A DNA stretch of 64,000 nt from a bacterium (GTDB taxonomy: Bacteria > UBA8248 > JACPRG01 > G963555815). Made by a program: the position numbers and the translations under genes. This document shows, piece by piece, positions 42,984 through 53,635 of the stretch; position 1 is the first letter of the stretch, and every line of letters starts with the position of its first letter. A model generated the notes under the pieces. That model saw only the letters and a program-made list of their open reading frames with translations, did not search any database and was not told the origin of the DNA. Where the stretch lies: contig CBDHDG010000004.1 in assembly GCA_965261595.1 (NCBI GenBank), positions 576,001 to 640,000 on the forward strand. The letters are read 5' to 3'.

Positions 42984-43081
42984 CAGACGATGGCCGGCTG
43001 GCGGGACTCGACCAGCAGGGTGAGGGTCTTGGCGAGCTCGCTCGGACGAAGCGTGTAGTCGGCGGAGATGGTGTCGGTCAT
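42984..43081 (-). pseudogene. N-terminal fragment of a probable AAA ATPase interrupted by the RIT element
   Basis: MTDTISADYTLRPSELAKTLTLLVESRQPAIV stops where WGxxGxGK would begin; RBS GGAG. Confidence 0.5.
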
Positions 43082-43260
43082 GGGCAACTCCGGAGAGAAG
43101 GGAGATCGAGGGGAGGACACCCCCTCGGGCGTCCGGCCTTCGCCCGATACCCGGCCCGACTCCGGCTCTCGGCGGCGAGGATCGCTTACGGGGAGAGGAA
43201 AGAACCAATGGGGACCGAACGGGTGTCCGGTCGAGGGGGAAATCGTGAGGGCTCCCGGAC

Positions 43261-43935
43261 CTACGGGACGGTCACGGGCTCGACGCAGCGGGGGTCGTCG
43301 TTCGAGGGCTTGTTGACCAGGGTGCTCACGGGGTGGACCGTCATCCCCTCCGGAGGACAGGGGCCGAGCGCGACGGTCTCGCCCGCCAGCCACGGTTCGA
43401 ACGCCTCCGGGGGCAGGATCACCGGCATCCGGTCGTGGACCCAGGCCACCGCCTCGTTGGTCGCGGTCGTCAGAATGGCGCAGGTCTCGATGGCCTCGCC
43501 CGGTCCCTTGAGCGCGCTCTCCTCCGGGACGGACCAGCGCTCCCACAGCCCGGCCAAGGCGAACAGCGCGCGCCCCTTCAGTCCGATCAGCCACGGTTGC
43601 CTGACCGCCCCCTGCCGCGTCCATTCATAGAACCCGTCGGCCGGAATGAGGCAGCGACGGTTCCGGTACGCGTCGCGGAACGCCGGCTTCGTGCCGACCG
43701 TCTCGGCGCGGGCGTTGATCAGCTTGTAGCCGATGTTGGCGTCCCTGGCCCAGCCGGGGATCAGACCCCAGCGGAGCATCGAGAGCCGGCGACCGTCCTT
43801 GCCCGAACGGACGACCGCGACGTCCTGACCCGGCGCGACGTTGTAGCGGGGCTTGAGGTTCACAGGCGGGCCGCTCAGGTCCAGAAAGGCCTGAACTTCC
43901 GGCCATGTACAACGTTGGGTGAAGCGTCCGCACAT
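43261..43935 (-). CDS. SOS response-associated peptidase (SRAP/YedK family)
   Basis: MCGRF, RYNVAP, INARAET, DGFYEW and HDRMPVIL motifs. Confidence 0.96.
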   Translation of the reverse strand: MCGRFTQRCTWPEVQAFLDLSGPPVNLKPRYNVAPGQDVAVVRSGKDGRRLSMLRWGLIPGWARDANIGYKLINARAETVGTKPAFRDAYRNRRCLIPADGFYEWTRQGAVRQPWLIGLKGRALFALAGLWERWSVPEESALKGPGEAIETCAILTTATNEAVAWVHDRMPVILPPEAFEPWLAGETVALGPCPPEGMTVHPVSTLVNKPSNDDPRCVEPVTVP

Positions 43936-44194
43936 GGGGCGAGCCTATCAGTCTTTGCGGGGCCCGGCCAGATGGCTCCATATTCGGTTCGAACACGATA
44001 TGGGGATCATGTAAGGAGGAACACCGGCCGGTTCCGAGGCGCAGGCTCGTGGTGAAAGCGGGTCGAACCCGCGCGGACAGAGAGTCTAGCCAGGGAAGTG
44101 CCAAGACCGACGGTGACGGCGTGACGGACGCCACGGACGGTGCGAAGGCGGCAAGGTATTTGGCGTATGGGCGGTCAGCCATGGACGGGCACGC

Positions 44195-44863
44195 TTACCT
44201 TCGTGACCGCCGCCACCCCGCGGCCTCGGCCTGCGCCTCGGTGCAGAACCACCGCTCGCCCTTTGACGTGTCGATGCGGGTCCGGTCATAGGACCGGCCT
44301 CCCGGCACATGATAGATGCGCGAGCCCGTGCGGCTGATGTTCCCTTTGATGCGACACTCGCCGGCGCCGGTGCGAACCGCCCCCTGAAGACGCTTCCCCC
44401 GCCGCCAATCCCACGGGGGCACGAACGTCCCTCGCCAGAGCCCGCGACGATCGGCCTTCGCGGCCCTCTCCTGAGGAACGTAGTCGGTCGAGTATTTACG
44501 GTACGCGAGCGCCCAGCCCTGGGAGACCATCCACGCATTGACATCCTCGCCGGCCACTCGACACACCGCCACGATGTGCCCGTAGCGGTCGCGGTCACGT
44601 TCCTCGCATACGACCGGCCGTCCGGCGAGGCGCTTACGGAGCGCGATCGCGGCGGCCCTTCCGCAACTCCAGGGCTTGCCGTCAGACCGGCAGGTCTGAG
44701 CGCTCTCCGGCGCGTCGATGCCGTGGAGCCGGACCCGGTGACCGGAGACCTTGAGGCTGTCCCCATCCGTCACCGAGGCCGTGCCCGAGAGCTGGGCATA
44801 GGCTGCGGGGCAGAAGGCAGCGGCCAGGAGTCCGATGATGCAGGCTACGGCGAGATGTATCAT
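44195..44863 (-). CDS. Secreted thermonuclease (SNase) family protein
   Basis: Signal peptide; DGDS, RLHGIDAPE and DRYG motifs; C-terminal CRIKGNI..IYHVPG..ERWFC domain. Confidence 0.93.
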   Translation of the reverse strand: MIHLAVACIIGLLAAAFCPAAYAQLSGTASVTDGDSLKVSGHRVRLHGIDAPESAQTCRSDGKPWSCGRAAAIALRKRLAGRPVVCEERDRDRYGHIVAVCRVAGEDVNAWMVSQGWALAYRKYSTDYVPQERAAKADRRGLWRGTFVPPWDWRRGKRLQGAVRTGAGECRIKGNISRTGSRIYHVPGGRSYDRTRIDTSKGERWFCTEAQAEAAGWRRSRR

Positions 44864-45439
44864 GCCTTTTGGCCCTCCGGGCTCCGGTCAATTGTCCCGA
44901 GCGGTGACACGGACAAGAACTCAGCTCCTCGCGATGTGTCCTGGCGGGTTCCGGCGTGCGGCTGATGATGGCTCTCATTGTAGCCGTTACGGTAGGTAAG
45001 ATTTTCAAGCTTAGACAAGAATCGTCTTCGCGAACGAGGCACGAAAGTTTTGAATGCCATTCGCCGCACCTCGGCCTTCGGCGATCCTGGCATGGCGGGA
45101 CAGAAAACGTTGCAGGGTTTGACACTTTACTCCGGATTCCCTGCAGAGCGTCTGCGCTGCCGAGACTGAAGGTGCGAGGCATTGCTTTGTAGCCCCGGCT
45201 TTCCGCAAGGGAATGGGGACGGTTGAGCGTCGTCGTTTTGCCGATACCGACGTAACCGTGCCCGCCGATTGTACAGTCCTTTGACGAAAGGAATATCTTG
45301 ACCGCTTTTTTTGCCTTCCGTGAGCCGTTCCCGGTGGAGTAGGGCGGGTGAGCGCACCACTGGCCTCACATTTTTAGCAAGTCCTAGAGAACGGTGTTGT
45401 CCACATGCACCTCGGCAGAAGACATGTCAGCTACCCGTT

Positions 45440-45696
45440 TTCAGCCCTCAACTCGCGCAGACGACGGGTCCCGACACCTCCATGCCGCCTTCCTTTGACT
45501 TCCAGCGGTAGAAGGTCCGGTCCAATAAGCCATGGCGACGGCAGATCTCCTTTGCCGTGCCGCTAGCTTCATGCTCGCGTAGTAGACTGCAATCTTCTCT
45601 TCTGTAAACCGTTTCCGGTTCTTCTCAAGTTCTCTTGTCTTCAGTCTCTCCAAGAAAACTCACATTCGCACTGACCCTCATCATGTGAGAAGGTCA
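45440..45696 (-). mobile_element. Degraded IS3-family left end and orfA remnant
   Basis: TGACCTTCTC end and RKRFTEEKI-like translation with indels. Confidence 0.55.
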
Positions 45697-45765
45697 ATCG
45701 GTCAGGAGCGCTGAGCCTAGAATGCACGGTGGTCTGCCATCAACAATGCACATATATTGGTTGGC

Positions 45766-46743
45766 ATGAAAGGAATTAGAAAAAGAACCGTCAATAAAGT
45801 TGCAGACATGATCTGCGGCAATGAAAGCGATTACTTCGTGTATAGAAGCAGCACTTATTTGTCGGAGTTTTTCGAAGACTGTGACATGGAGCAGTATGTT
45901 CACGACGGCTCGACCCGGAAATGGTGGGTCGCAGGCGTCCTCGACAAGATCCTGAAAGAACCGTCTGACAATCCTGCTCTACCTAGGGCGGGTTTTCAGA
46001 CCGTAATTCAAGTCCTGATGGATCGCGCGGACCACACTCAGGACGATCCTGAACGTGAGGCTGCGCTGGCGGAACTCAACGTGACGCTCGCACGCGAGGG
46101 GCTGGAAGCATTCTACGCCGAGGACAACTGCTGCTATATACGCAACACCAAGACCGGCGAGGAGGCGCGGCCCGGCCCGGTCGTAGCGCGTGCTCTCTCC
46201 CAGGACGAAATTGATCGCCGCCGACGCCTCGAGTCGTATATTGATGCGGCGAGCGAGGACGACATCACCGAAAAGGTAGTCTTTCCACTTTTTCAAACCC
46301 TCCGATTTCAGAGGATTACAATCGCCAGCCACAAGGGCAAGGCGATGGAGTTCGGCAAGGACCTATGGATGAAGTATTGTCTCCCCACCGGGCACTGGCT
46401 CTACTTTGGTCTGCAAGTGAAGCGCGGAAAGATAGATGCGACGGCGAAAACCAAGAATGAGAACGTCGCAACGATTCACCGCCAGCTCACCATGATGCTC
46501 GGACATGAGATATTTGATCCAGACATCAACAAAAAACGGCTTGTAGATCATGCACTCATCGTAGCCGGTGGTGAAATCACCAAGCAGGCCAAGCATTGGC
46601 TCGGAGAAAGGCTGGACGCCTCTCAGAGGAGCCAGATCCTGTTCACTGACCGGGCTGACATTCTTCACTTGTTCGTCGTCCACAACGTTCCAATGCCGGA
46701 CGAAGAACGCAGGGAGGAATTCGATGAAGACATTCCATTTTGA
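45766..46743 (+). CDS. Putative PD-(D/E)xK (Mrr-like) restriction-endonuclease domain protein
   Basis: E.GKD...GLQVKRG nuclease motif after a helical N-terminal domain; lower GC than the core genes. Confidence 0.65.
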   Translation: MKGIRKRTVNKVADMICGNESDYFVYRSSTYLSEFFEDCDMEQYVHDGSTRKWWVAGVLDKILKEPSDNPALPRAGFQTVIQVLMDRADHTQDDPEREAALAELNVTLAREGLEAFYAEDNCCYIRNTKTGEEARPGPVVARALSQDEIDRRRRLESYIDAASEDDITEKVVFPLFQTLRFQRITIASHKGKAMEFGKDLWMKYCLPTGHWLYFGLQVKRGKIDATAKTKNENVATIHRQLTMMLGHEIFDPDINKKRLVDHALIVAGGEITKQAKHWLGERLDASQRSQILFTDRADILHLFVVHNVPMPDEERREEFDEDIPF

Positions 46744-46769
46744 AACATCTCTGAAGATGTGAAGACGCG

Positions 46770-47110
46770 TAGCGCGCCGTGGGCCAGGATCGCGACCTCG
46801 ACCTGTTCGGAGATCTGGTTGGGATACGGAACCTTGTACCCGGCAGCCGGTCGATCAGGCCTTCGACGCCGTAGGTCTGATAGTTGCGCCGGATCTCGTA
46901 GAACTGCTGGTGCGAATTGCCCATGATCCGACACGCTTTGGAGACGTTGCTCATCTCGTTGGCCAAGTCACGCAGGCTCAGTTGCGTCGTGCTATCTTGT
47001 CCTTGGTGGTCAGTCGTTCTCTTGAAAGGTTGGATGTTGTGCAAAAACAATCGTCAACCACTCCGGGAGCGGTGTGGACACCGTCGGCGCACCAGACTCT
47101 TAAGGTCACG
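46770..47110 (-). mobile_element. Degraded IS481-family 5' remnant
   Basis: LANEMSNVSKACRIMG.S.QQFYEIRRNYQTYGVEGLIDRLPG, then a frameshift. Confidence 0.75.
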
Positions 47111-47258
47111 CCGACAGCCAAACAGGCAGGTGATGACCCTCTCAATGCAGTATATAAAGATGGTTGTCAGCTAAGGCTGGTGCCCAATAACTGCCGCTAC
47201 AGCAACGCAGGGATGATCTCACTATCCAGCATTATCAGGAAACACTGGCGGAACCGCA

Positions 47259-48323
47259 GTGCTAGCATCTGAAACGTTCGTCGCGTGCTCAAACTGCTTT
47301 ACCAACGAAGGACTGCGGTTGGATGCAGAACGTTTAGGTGCAAGCAATTCGTCGACTTGTCCGAGATGTACGACAACCGACGGTCGCAAGTTCACCAATG
47401 AGCAACTGATCATCCTCGCCCAGCACTTTTTTGTCTGGGGTTCTGTGCGTAAGTCTGAGTACGGAGCCGCACCATCCGTGCAGTTCAATGATAGTCGAGA
47501 GACGGACATCACCATGCCAAGATCACTTAACGCCGACGTTGCGCTACTGGAGGATGTCCTGGGCATAGGCTTCTTTTCCTATGGACCCCGATTTTGGATG
47601 TTCGGTGAAGTAGAACCCTTAAAACGCCTTCAACGAGAGGGGTCACGTAACGAGGTGATCGATAGGATTCTGCGGGAGTATGGTTCGAAGAAACTGACCG
47701 CACAAGATCGGTTCTATCGGATTCGGAAAGATCCTAGTGGACCCTCAGACAGTAGCCAATACGACAGCGCGCCAGCGAAACTCTCCAATGGCCGTCTCGA
47801 CACTCATGAATGGCCGGTCCTGTATGTATCGCCGGATCTACAAACGTGCCTGCATGAGTGTCGCGTTACTGCCGAAGACGAGCTGTTTGTAGCGACCCTC
47901 AGACCGACACGCGACTTGGAAATCCTGAATATAGCGGCTTTACTGGAGGAACCACAGGAGGTGTCCGAGTTCGAAAGCCTGGACTTGGCAGTGAATATGC
48001 TATTTCTGGCCGGAGATCATTCGTATCCGATTACGCGAGCCATCTCGCGGGCTGTTCGATGTGCTGGCTTCGACGGGCTTATGTATCCGTCTTACTTCAG
48101 CATGCTCAGGAATGGAGTGAAGCCCTTTGAAACGACATACGGGATATCGCACCGGCGAATTCCTCAATACAGGGAATTCGAGGAGTCTAAGATATCCACC
48201 AATTATGCCATTTTTGGTCGACCAATCGAGGATGGGTTACTCGAGGTCTCGTGCATTAATAGGGTGGTGCTTAGTACGGTTATCTACTCCTTTCACTTTG
48301 GACCGGTTTTCGATGCCCCTTAG
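47259..48323 (+). CDS. RES-domain protein with an N-terminal CxxC...CxxC Zn motif
   Basis: FYRIR, GRLD...PVLYVS....CLHECR and FDGLMYPS motifs; CSNC and CPRC. Confidence 0.85.
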   Translation: MLASETFVACSNCFTNEGLRLDAERLGASNSSTCPRCTTTDGRKFTNEQLIILAQHFFVWGSVRKSEYGAAPSVQFNDSRETDITMPRSLNADVALLEDVLGIGFFSYGPRFWMFGEVEPLKRLQREGSRNEVIDRILREYGSKKLTAQDRFYRIRKDPSGPSDSSQYDSAPAKLSNGRLDTHEWPVLYVSPDLQTCLHECRVTAEDELFVATLRPTRDLEILNIAALLEEPQEVSEFESLDLAVNMLFLAGDHSYPITRAISRAVRCAGFDGLMYPSYFSMLRNGVKPFETTYGISHRRIPQYREFEESKISTNYAIFGRPIEDGLLEVSCINRVVLSTVIYSFHFGPVFDAP

Positions 48324-48699
48324 CATGCTGCCCGATTTCCTGGCATTAGTCGGTAAACTGCCCCGTTCGTTCCCGCAAAAAGATGATGCTGATGATTGGT
48401 TTATCACCGAAGCCGTGTAATGCGGTGTACGAAAACACGCCAAGCACGTGAAGACCTCATCCACACCAACTCGGCGGGTCTATGCCTAATGGCGAGCGGA
48501 CCCTACCTCGCTTGGTCCTCGCTCATTCTCCTCGAACGGCTCCCAGAACAGTTCTTCCTGCTGCTGGCGGTCACGCTAGGCCGATTCAGCTAGCGCTCGC
48601 GGGATTCGTCGTGTGCGGACCGGCTGAGAACCTGCTGCCCTTCAGGATATCGACCGCGATGCTCTTCAAGATGCGAACCGCGCTCTTCTTCACCTAGTC

Positions 48700-48835
48700 C
48701 CCCCACGAGATGCGCATTGCGCTCCGTCGTCTCGACCTCGGAATGGCTGAGAAGCCACCCGATCATCGGCAAGATCTGCCCCAACGCTAAGGCTCTTGAC
48801 ACGAAGCTGTGACAAAGATCATAAAGGCGTTCGTC
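48700..48835 (-). pseudogene. Degenerate tyrosine integrase C-terminal fragment
   Basis: RLYDLCHSFVSRALALGQILPMIGWLLSHSEVETTERNAHL. Confidence 0.75.
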
Positions 48836-48947
48836 ACGCGTTTGCTCTGGCTCGGACGATGCACCGGGAGGCGTCTTCACCAGACGTCTCTATTGATTAT
48901 AACCATGGCTGCGACAGGCATACGCCGGGTTTTGTCCGGAAGCATGC

Positions 48948-50690
48948 CTACAGCCTTCGCCCAGAATATCGGCCGCGATGCTCCCGGCGATCCGCTCCGC
49001 GGCCTCCTGCACCGAGTCCCGCGCCAAGTGGGCATAGCGCGCCGTCGTCTCGACTTGGTTGTGGCCCAACAGCTTGCTGATCATGGGGCTGTTGAAAAAG
49101 CCGATTTCGAGACCGGTCGCATGCAGGATCACGTGGCGGCGGCCGCCCGCAAGTCTGTTCGGGGTGCGTAGGCGTGATGGACATGCAGCGGCTCTTGTCC
49201 GGCAACGCGGGCCGTCCAATCGGCCAATAGGATGGCAACAACGGCGGCCCCAAGCCGCTTGAGATTGATCGCCGCGGCCGTCAGGTAGGCCTGGATCTTC
49301 ATGTTGTCGAGACCGCGCCGGACCGCGCGCCCGAGGCCGTGCCAGAGCTTCGCCTCGCCGTGGAAGCCTTCCGAACGCCAGAGGTGACGTTGATACTGCC
49401 GCCGATCCTCCTCGCTCCATCGCGCATGCCGGCGCCGCGCCCTGAGCAGCGCCGGATAGTCATGCGGGAGCACCACCTCCTTGTTGATGCGCGTCTTCGG
49501 CAGACACTCGCCTTTGAGCGGACAGCGCGCGCAGTCGCTGGTCCTGGAATGGAAGAAGCGTCCGCGCCCGGTGACCCGCAATGGACGCAGGAGCTTTCCC
49601 CGCGGGCACTTCACGATGTTGTTCCGAGCGTCGTAGCGGAAGCGACGCAAGGGAACGCCGCTCCTAGACGGCTCTTTCCGCGCCGGGATGAGCGGATCGA
49701 TGCTGCGACGCTCAAGCCCGCCATAGACCTGGGCGTAGGCATAACCGGCATCGGCCGTCACCGTCGCGATTTCGCGTCCGGCGATCTCCCGAACCTCATC
49801 CACCTGCGCCTCGATCGTCTCGCGCTCGCTCACCGCTCCCGTCGTTACAGAAACGTCCAGTACCACGCCTCTCACATCATCGACCGCCGTGTGCTGCTTG
49901 TAGCACGGCTTAAGCCGCCGGTTGCACGCCGAGGTCGCCATGCTCGCGTCCGCATCGGTGCGGCTCACCTTCCTGGACTTACCGCGCCGACCGCCTCTGT
50001 TCTTCTCCCCTTCAACTTCCTCCTCCCCGCAGTTCTCCGTCATCACCTCATCCACATGCCGCTCGACCAAGCTCTCCCAGCTGACATCGGCGCGGACCAG
50101 CGAGGCATCGATGTGCACAACCTCGGCCGTAGCGACCTTCGCCTCCAGGCAGGCCCTCACCGTGCGCTGGAAAATCTCCCGGAACCGCCTCTCGCCCCAG
50201 CGCTGGCGGATACGGGTCAGGCTCGAATGGTCGGGCAGACGCTCGTGCAAGCCATAGCCGATGAACCACCGGATCGCGATGTTCACCTGCGCTTCCCGCA
50301 TCAGCCTGCGGTCGTGCACGATGCCCAGCAGCAGGCCGGCGAGCATCAACCGCACCGCCACCTCCGGATCGATACCGGGCCGACCGTTGTCCGGGCAATA
50401 GCAGTCCGCCACTTCCTCACGTAGCCAGCCCAGGTCGAGAACACGGTCCACACGCGCCAGTACGTGATCCTCGGGCACCAGCTGCTCAAGCGAGCCGGTG
50501 ATGAATAACGCCATCTGATCCCGCCCCTTCCGTCCCAACATCTCGTGGCCTCCCTGTCTCGAGCACTCAATATCGATACACGGAATCACAGAACCAGGAC
50601 TTTTTCAACAGCTCCATCATCGGCAGACTCTCCCCCAACGCCAAGGCCCTAGACGCGAATGAATGACGGAGGTCGTGAATCGTCGCGGAA
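48948..50690 (-). pseudogene. Tyrosine integrase C-terminus split by IS1182
   Basis: IHDLRHSFASRALALGESLPM | ISKLLGHNQVETTARYAHLARD join across the IS. Confidence 0.85.
49085..50615 (-). mobile_element. IS1182-family IS; transposase 49129..50541
   Basis: IR GG(G/A)GCTGTTGAAAAAG; TSD ATCAT at 49080-49084 and 50616-50620; GRPGIDP, LPDHSSL, ADAGY and EGFHGEAK motifs. Confidence 0.9.
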
Positions 50691-51359
50691 GCAAGGGTAG
50701 GAGACCCGGTTGCAGCCCGTTCCTGGTTGATGGCACTCGAAACTGTTGTGTTTCTTGATGCGCCCGCAGATGCCGCGAACCTCGCCCGGAATCTGCTTGA
50801 TGTCTGAGCGATTCCGCGCCAAGCTGCCAACGCCGCGCCGCACACATCGCGATTGCCATCACGAACGGCGTGACGTCCGCGACGAGGGTGCGGTTCATGC
50901 CTTCTACGCCTCCTATGGAAGAGCAGATTGCGGAGCTGGTTGAATAGTTCCTGCGGGAGAACGGTATTGTTCCGGAATGGAGATGAACCGCCTGGAACGG
51001 GATCGCCCGCGGCATTGGTTCGCGGCAACGGACGGCGCACCGGCAACGCGAGGGCGTTGGTCAACGCCATCATTGCGGCCCTCGCCGGCGGGGGGGGGCC
51101 GGGTTCGGGGCGGCTCCGGGCCGGAGTCCGAACGGCTACGATTCGCGCGGCCGATGGTCTCGAATCGGCGGAAACGGCGGATCGGCGGCGGCGCACGGCG
51201 TCAGGAGCGCGCCTCGATATGGCACGGCGCACCGTGTTGAAATAGTGTTGAACTTTACAGGAAGTCGTCAGTCAGGAAAGATAGAGAAACAGATATTAAC
51301 CTATAATATCAATGCGTTATACAATGGCCGTAAGCCGTGGGAAAAAGCGATCTATAAAT

Positions 51360-52117
51360 TCCCAGCGCAACGTCAGGATCTCGCTCTTCCGGCATCCGGT
51401 CAGCAGCAGCAGCCGGAGCGCCGCAATCACCGGCGGCCACACCGAGCCGTCCGTTTCCGCGTCCCTCAACACACGGCCCAGCCGCCGGAACTCCTCCGGC
51501 GTCAGAAACCGCTCGCACGACCTCTCCTTGTAGCGGCGCACCGACCGGCACGGGTTCCGGCCGGGCGGCAGTCTTTCCCAGGCTTCCGCCAACGAGAACA
51601 TTCTCGACAGAACCTTGACCGTCCGGTTGGCCATTGCAGGCGTGTCACGAAGCCGGTGATGCAGCGCGGAAATCTCCCTTCGTCCTACCTCGTTGATTGA
51701 CATCGCGCCCAGGGTGGGAAGAATGTGCTTGCCGAGCACGCACCGGTACGTTGCAACGGTGCTCGGCTTGCAATGCACCTTGACATGGGTGCGCAGGAAC
51801 CGTTCGGACAGTTCGGCCAACGTGAGCTCCGGCTCGGGCGGCGCGGGCACGGGGTCCTCCCCCCGCTTGATGCGGTCGATGACCACGGCCGCTCGCTTCC
51901 TCGCCTCCTCAGTCGACATGTCCCCATGCCGTCCGAGGGTCACTCGCTTCGGTCCGGCCGGCCCCCGGGACTGCACTACGTAGACCTTGCGACCCGTGGC
52001 ATGGACACGCACCCCGAAGCCCGCCAGGTCCCGGTCCCAGAAGACGCCATCCTTGGCATCGACGGTGAGTGCATCCACGGTGCGTTTGGTGATCCTGAGC
52101 TCGCTCCTTCTGGGCAT
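51360..52117 (-). pseudogene. Tyrosine integrase with Arm (DUF4102-like) domain, truncated after box I
   Basis: FWDRDLAGFGVRV, RVTLGRHG and LLLTGCRKSEILTLRWE, then unrelated sequence. Confidence 0.88.
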
Positions 52118-52329
52118 GGTCGCTCCTTGCCTTTGTTCTATGGTGATTCGGTATGCAATTCCGTAATCAAATAGAACACACGCTGCATCAAATCGGTGCG
52201 TATTTGAGCACAAGCGTGGCGGGAATGCAAGGGGCAAGAGACGGGACAATGAAAAATAAATTCAATGTTTACAGCATCTTATCTCAGCACAGCGTTCTCA
52301 GTCGCACCATTGGCGAGGTGAGATATTTT

Positions 52330-53229
52330 AACCACGTTTTGCATCTTGTGAAACCAGCACCGCTGATGGGGCGTGAAGGGGTAGACCACCTCCAGCGCCG
52401 CCAACAGCCCCGGGTTGCCGTCGGTGATGATGAGGCGAAGGGAGTGACCCAAAAGCCCCCGGTGGTAGAGGTCGTCGAGGAACTTCGTCCACGTGGCCTC
52501 GCTCTCCGAGTCGGCCAGACGGAAGTCGATGATCTCCCGCCGGCCCGCGAGTGTGACGCCCATCGCGCACAAAAGGACCTTGCGCCGGCTTCTCGACGCC
52601 CCGCGCACCTTGAAAGCCAGGCCATCCAGGAACACACAACGGTAGTGGTCGCTCAAAGGGCGGTCGTGGAACGCCGCAACGTCTCGGCTGAGCGCCGTGC
52701 ACACCCGCGAGACGGTGGAGGCGCTCACCGCTTCACCCAACAACCCCTTCACGCACGCCCCCACCCGGCGGGTGGACACCCCGGCCAGGAAGCAATCGCG
52801 AAGCGTGCGGTCCACCACCGCCCGGCGGCGCCGGTAGCGCGAACGCCCGGCTCTGAAAGCCGCCGCCGCGAACCCGGGGCACACGCAGGGCGCGGATCAG
52901 CCCCCCCTCGGTCCCCAGGTCCCGGACGTAGTGGCCGTTGGCCCAGTCGCGCCGCTTGGGCGTGCGCTCCCGGAACCCGGCCGCCAGGTAGACGGCCCGC
53001 TCCTCGGCCATCAGGCCCTCCAAAAACCCTTTCAGGCTCGCCTCGATGGGCAACTCCACCTCCCACGTCTCATTCAGCTCTTGAAATGCCCGGCCCAAAT
53101 CCTTATCCCCAAAAAGCAACTTCGGTTGCATTGGGTGTGCTCCTCCAAAATGGGTTTCTTGCTCCCAGGAAGAGTACACCCTCTCTTTTTGCCCGAAAAC
53201 ACTTTCTACACACAAAACGGTACATCACC
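52330..53229 (-). mobile_element. Truncated, frameshifted IS256-family element (transposase from 53131)
   Basis: NGHYVRDL, VPRVR, GVSTRRV, VFLDG, ITDG and QRCWFHK motifs; 3' third missing. Confidence 0.85.
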
Positions 53230-53244
53230 GATTCAAACTCACTA

Positions 53245-53273
53245 TTGACACTCCCCCACGGTTACACTACCTT
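53245..53273 (+). promoter_or_regulatory. Candidate sigma-70 promoter of the tRNA pair
   Basis: TTGACA-17 bp-TACCTT. Confidence 0.55.
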
Positions 53274-53354
53274 GAAAGGGAGGATTCGGAACGAACGTAG
53301 GGATGAGCGTAGGGGGGATTTTCCGTCCCTCATAACCCATTGATTCTAAATGAA

Positions 53355-53429
53355 GCGGGAATAGCTCAGAGGTAGAGCATCGCCTTGCCAAGGCGAGGGT
53401 CGCGGGTTCAAATCCCGTTTCCCGCTCCA
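53355..53429 (+). tRNA. tRNA-Gly(GCC)
   Basis: 75-nt cloverleaf GCGGGAA...TTCCCGC-T-CCA with anticodon GCC. Confidence 0.97.
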
Positions 53430-53482
53430 GTCATTTTCGATCCTCCGAGATCCGAAATCTCCGGGGATTTGGCGCCCGACCC

Positions 53483-53556
53483 GGCGGCATAGCCAAGCGG
53501 TAAGGCAGAGGCCTGCAAAGCCTTGATCCCCGGTTCGAATCCGGGTGCCGCCTCCA
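53483..53556 (+). tRNA. tRNA-Cys(GCA)
   Basis: 74-nt cloverleaf GGCGGCA...TGCCGCC-T-CCA with anticodon GCA. Confidence 0.97.
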
Positions 53557-53635
53557 GAGTCCAGCAAGGCCGGGGAATGGATAGGCTTCTCCGGCTTTCT
53601 TTTTGCCCGAGAATTTTCCGGAGCGTCGAACGCCC

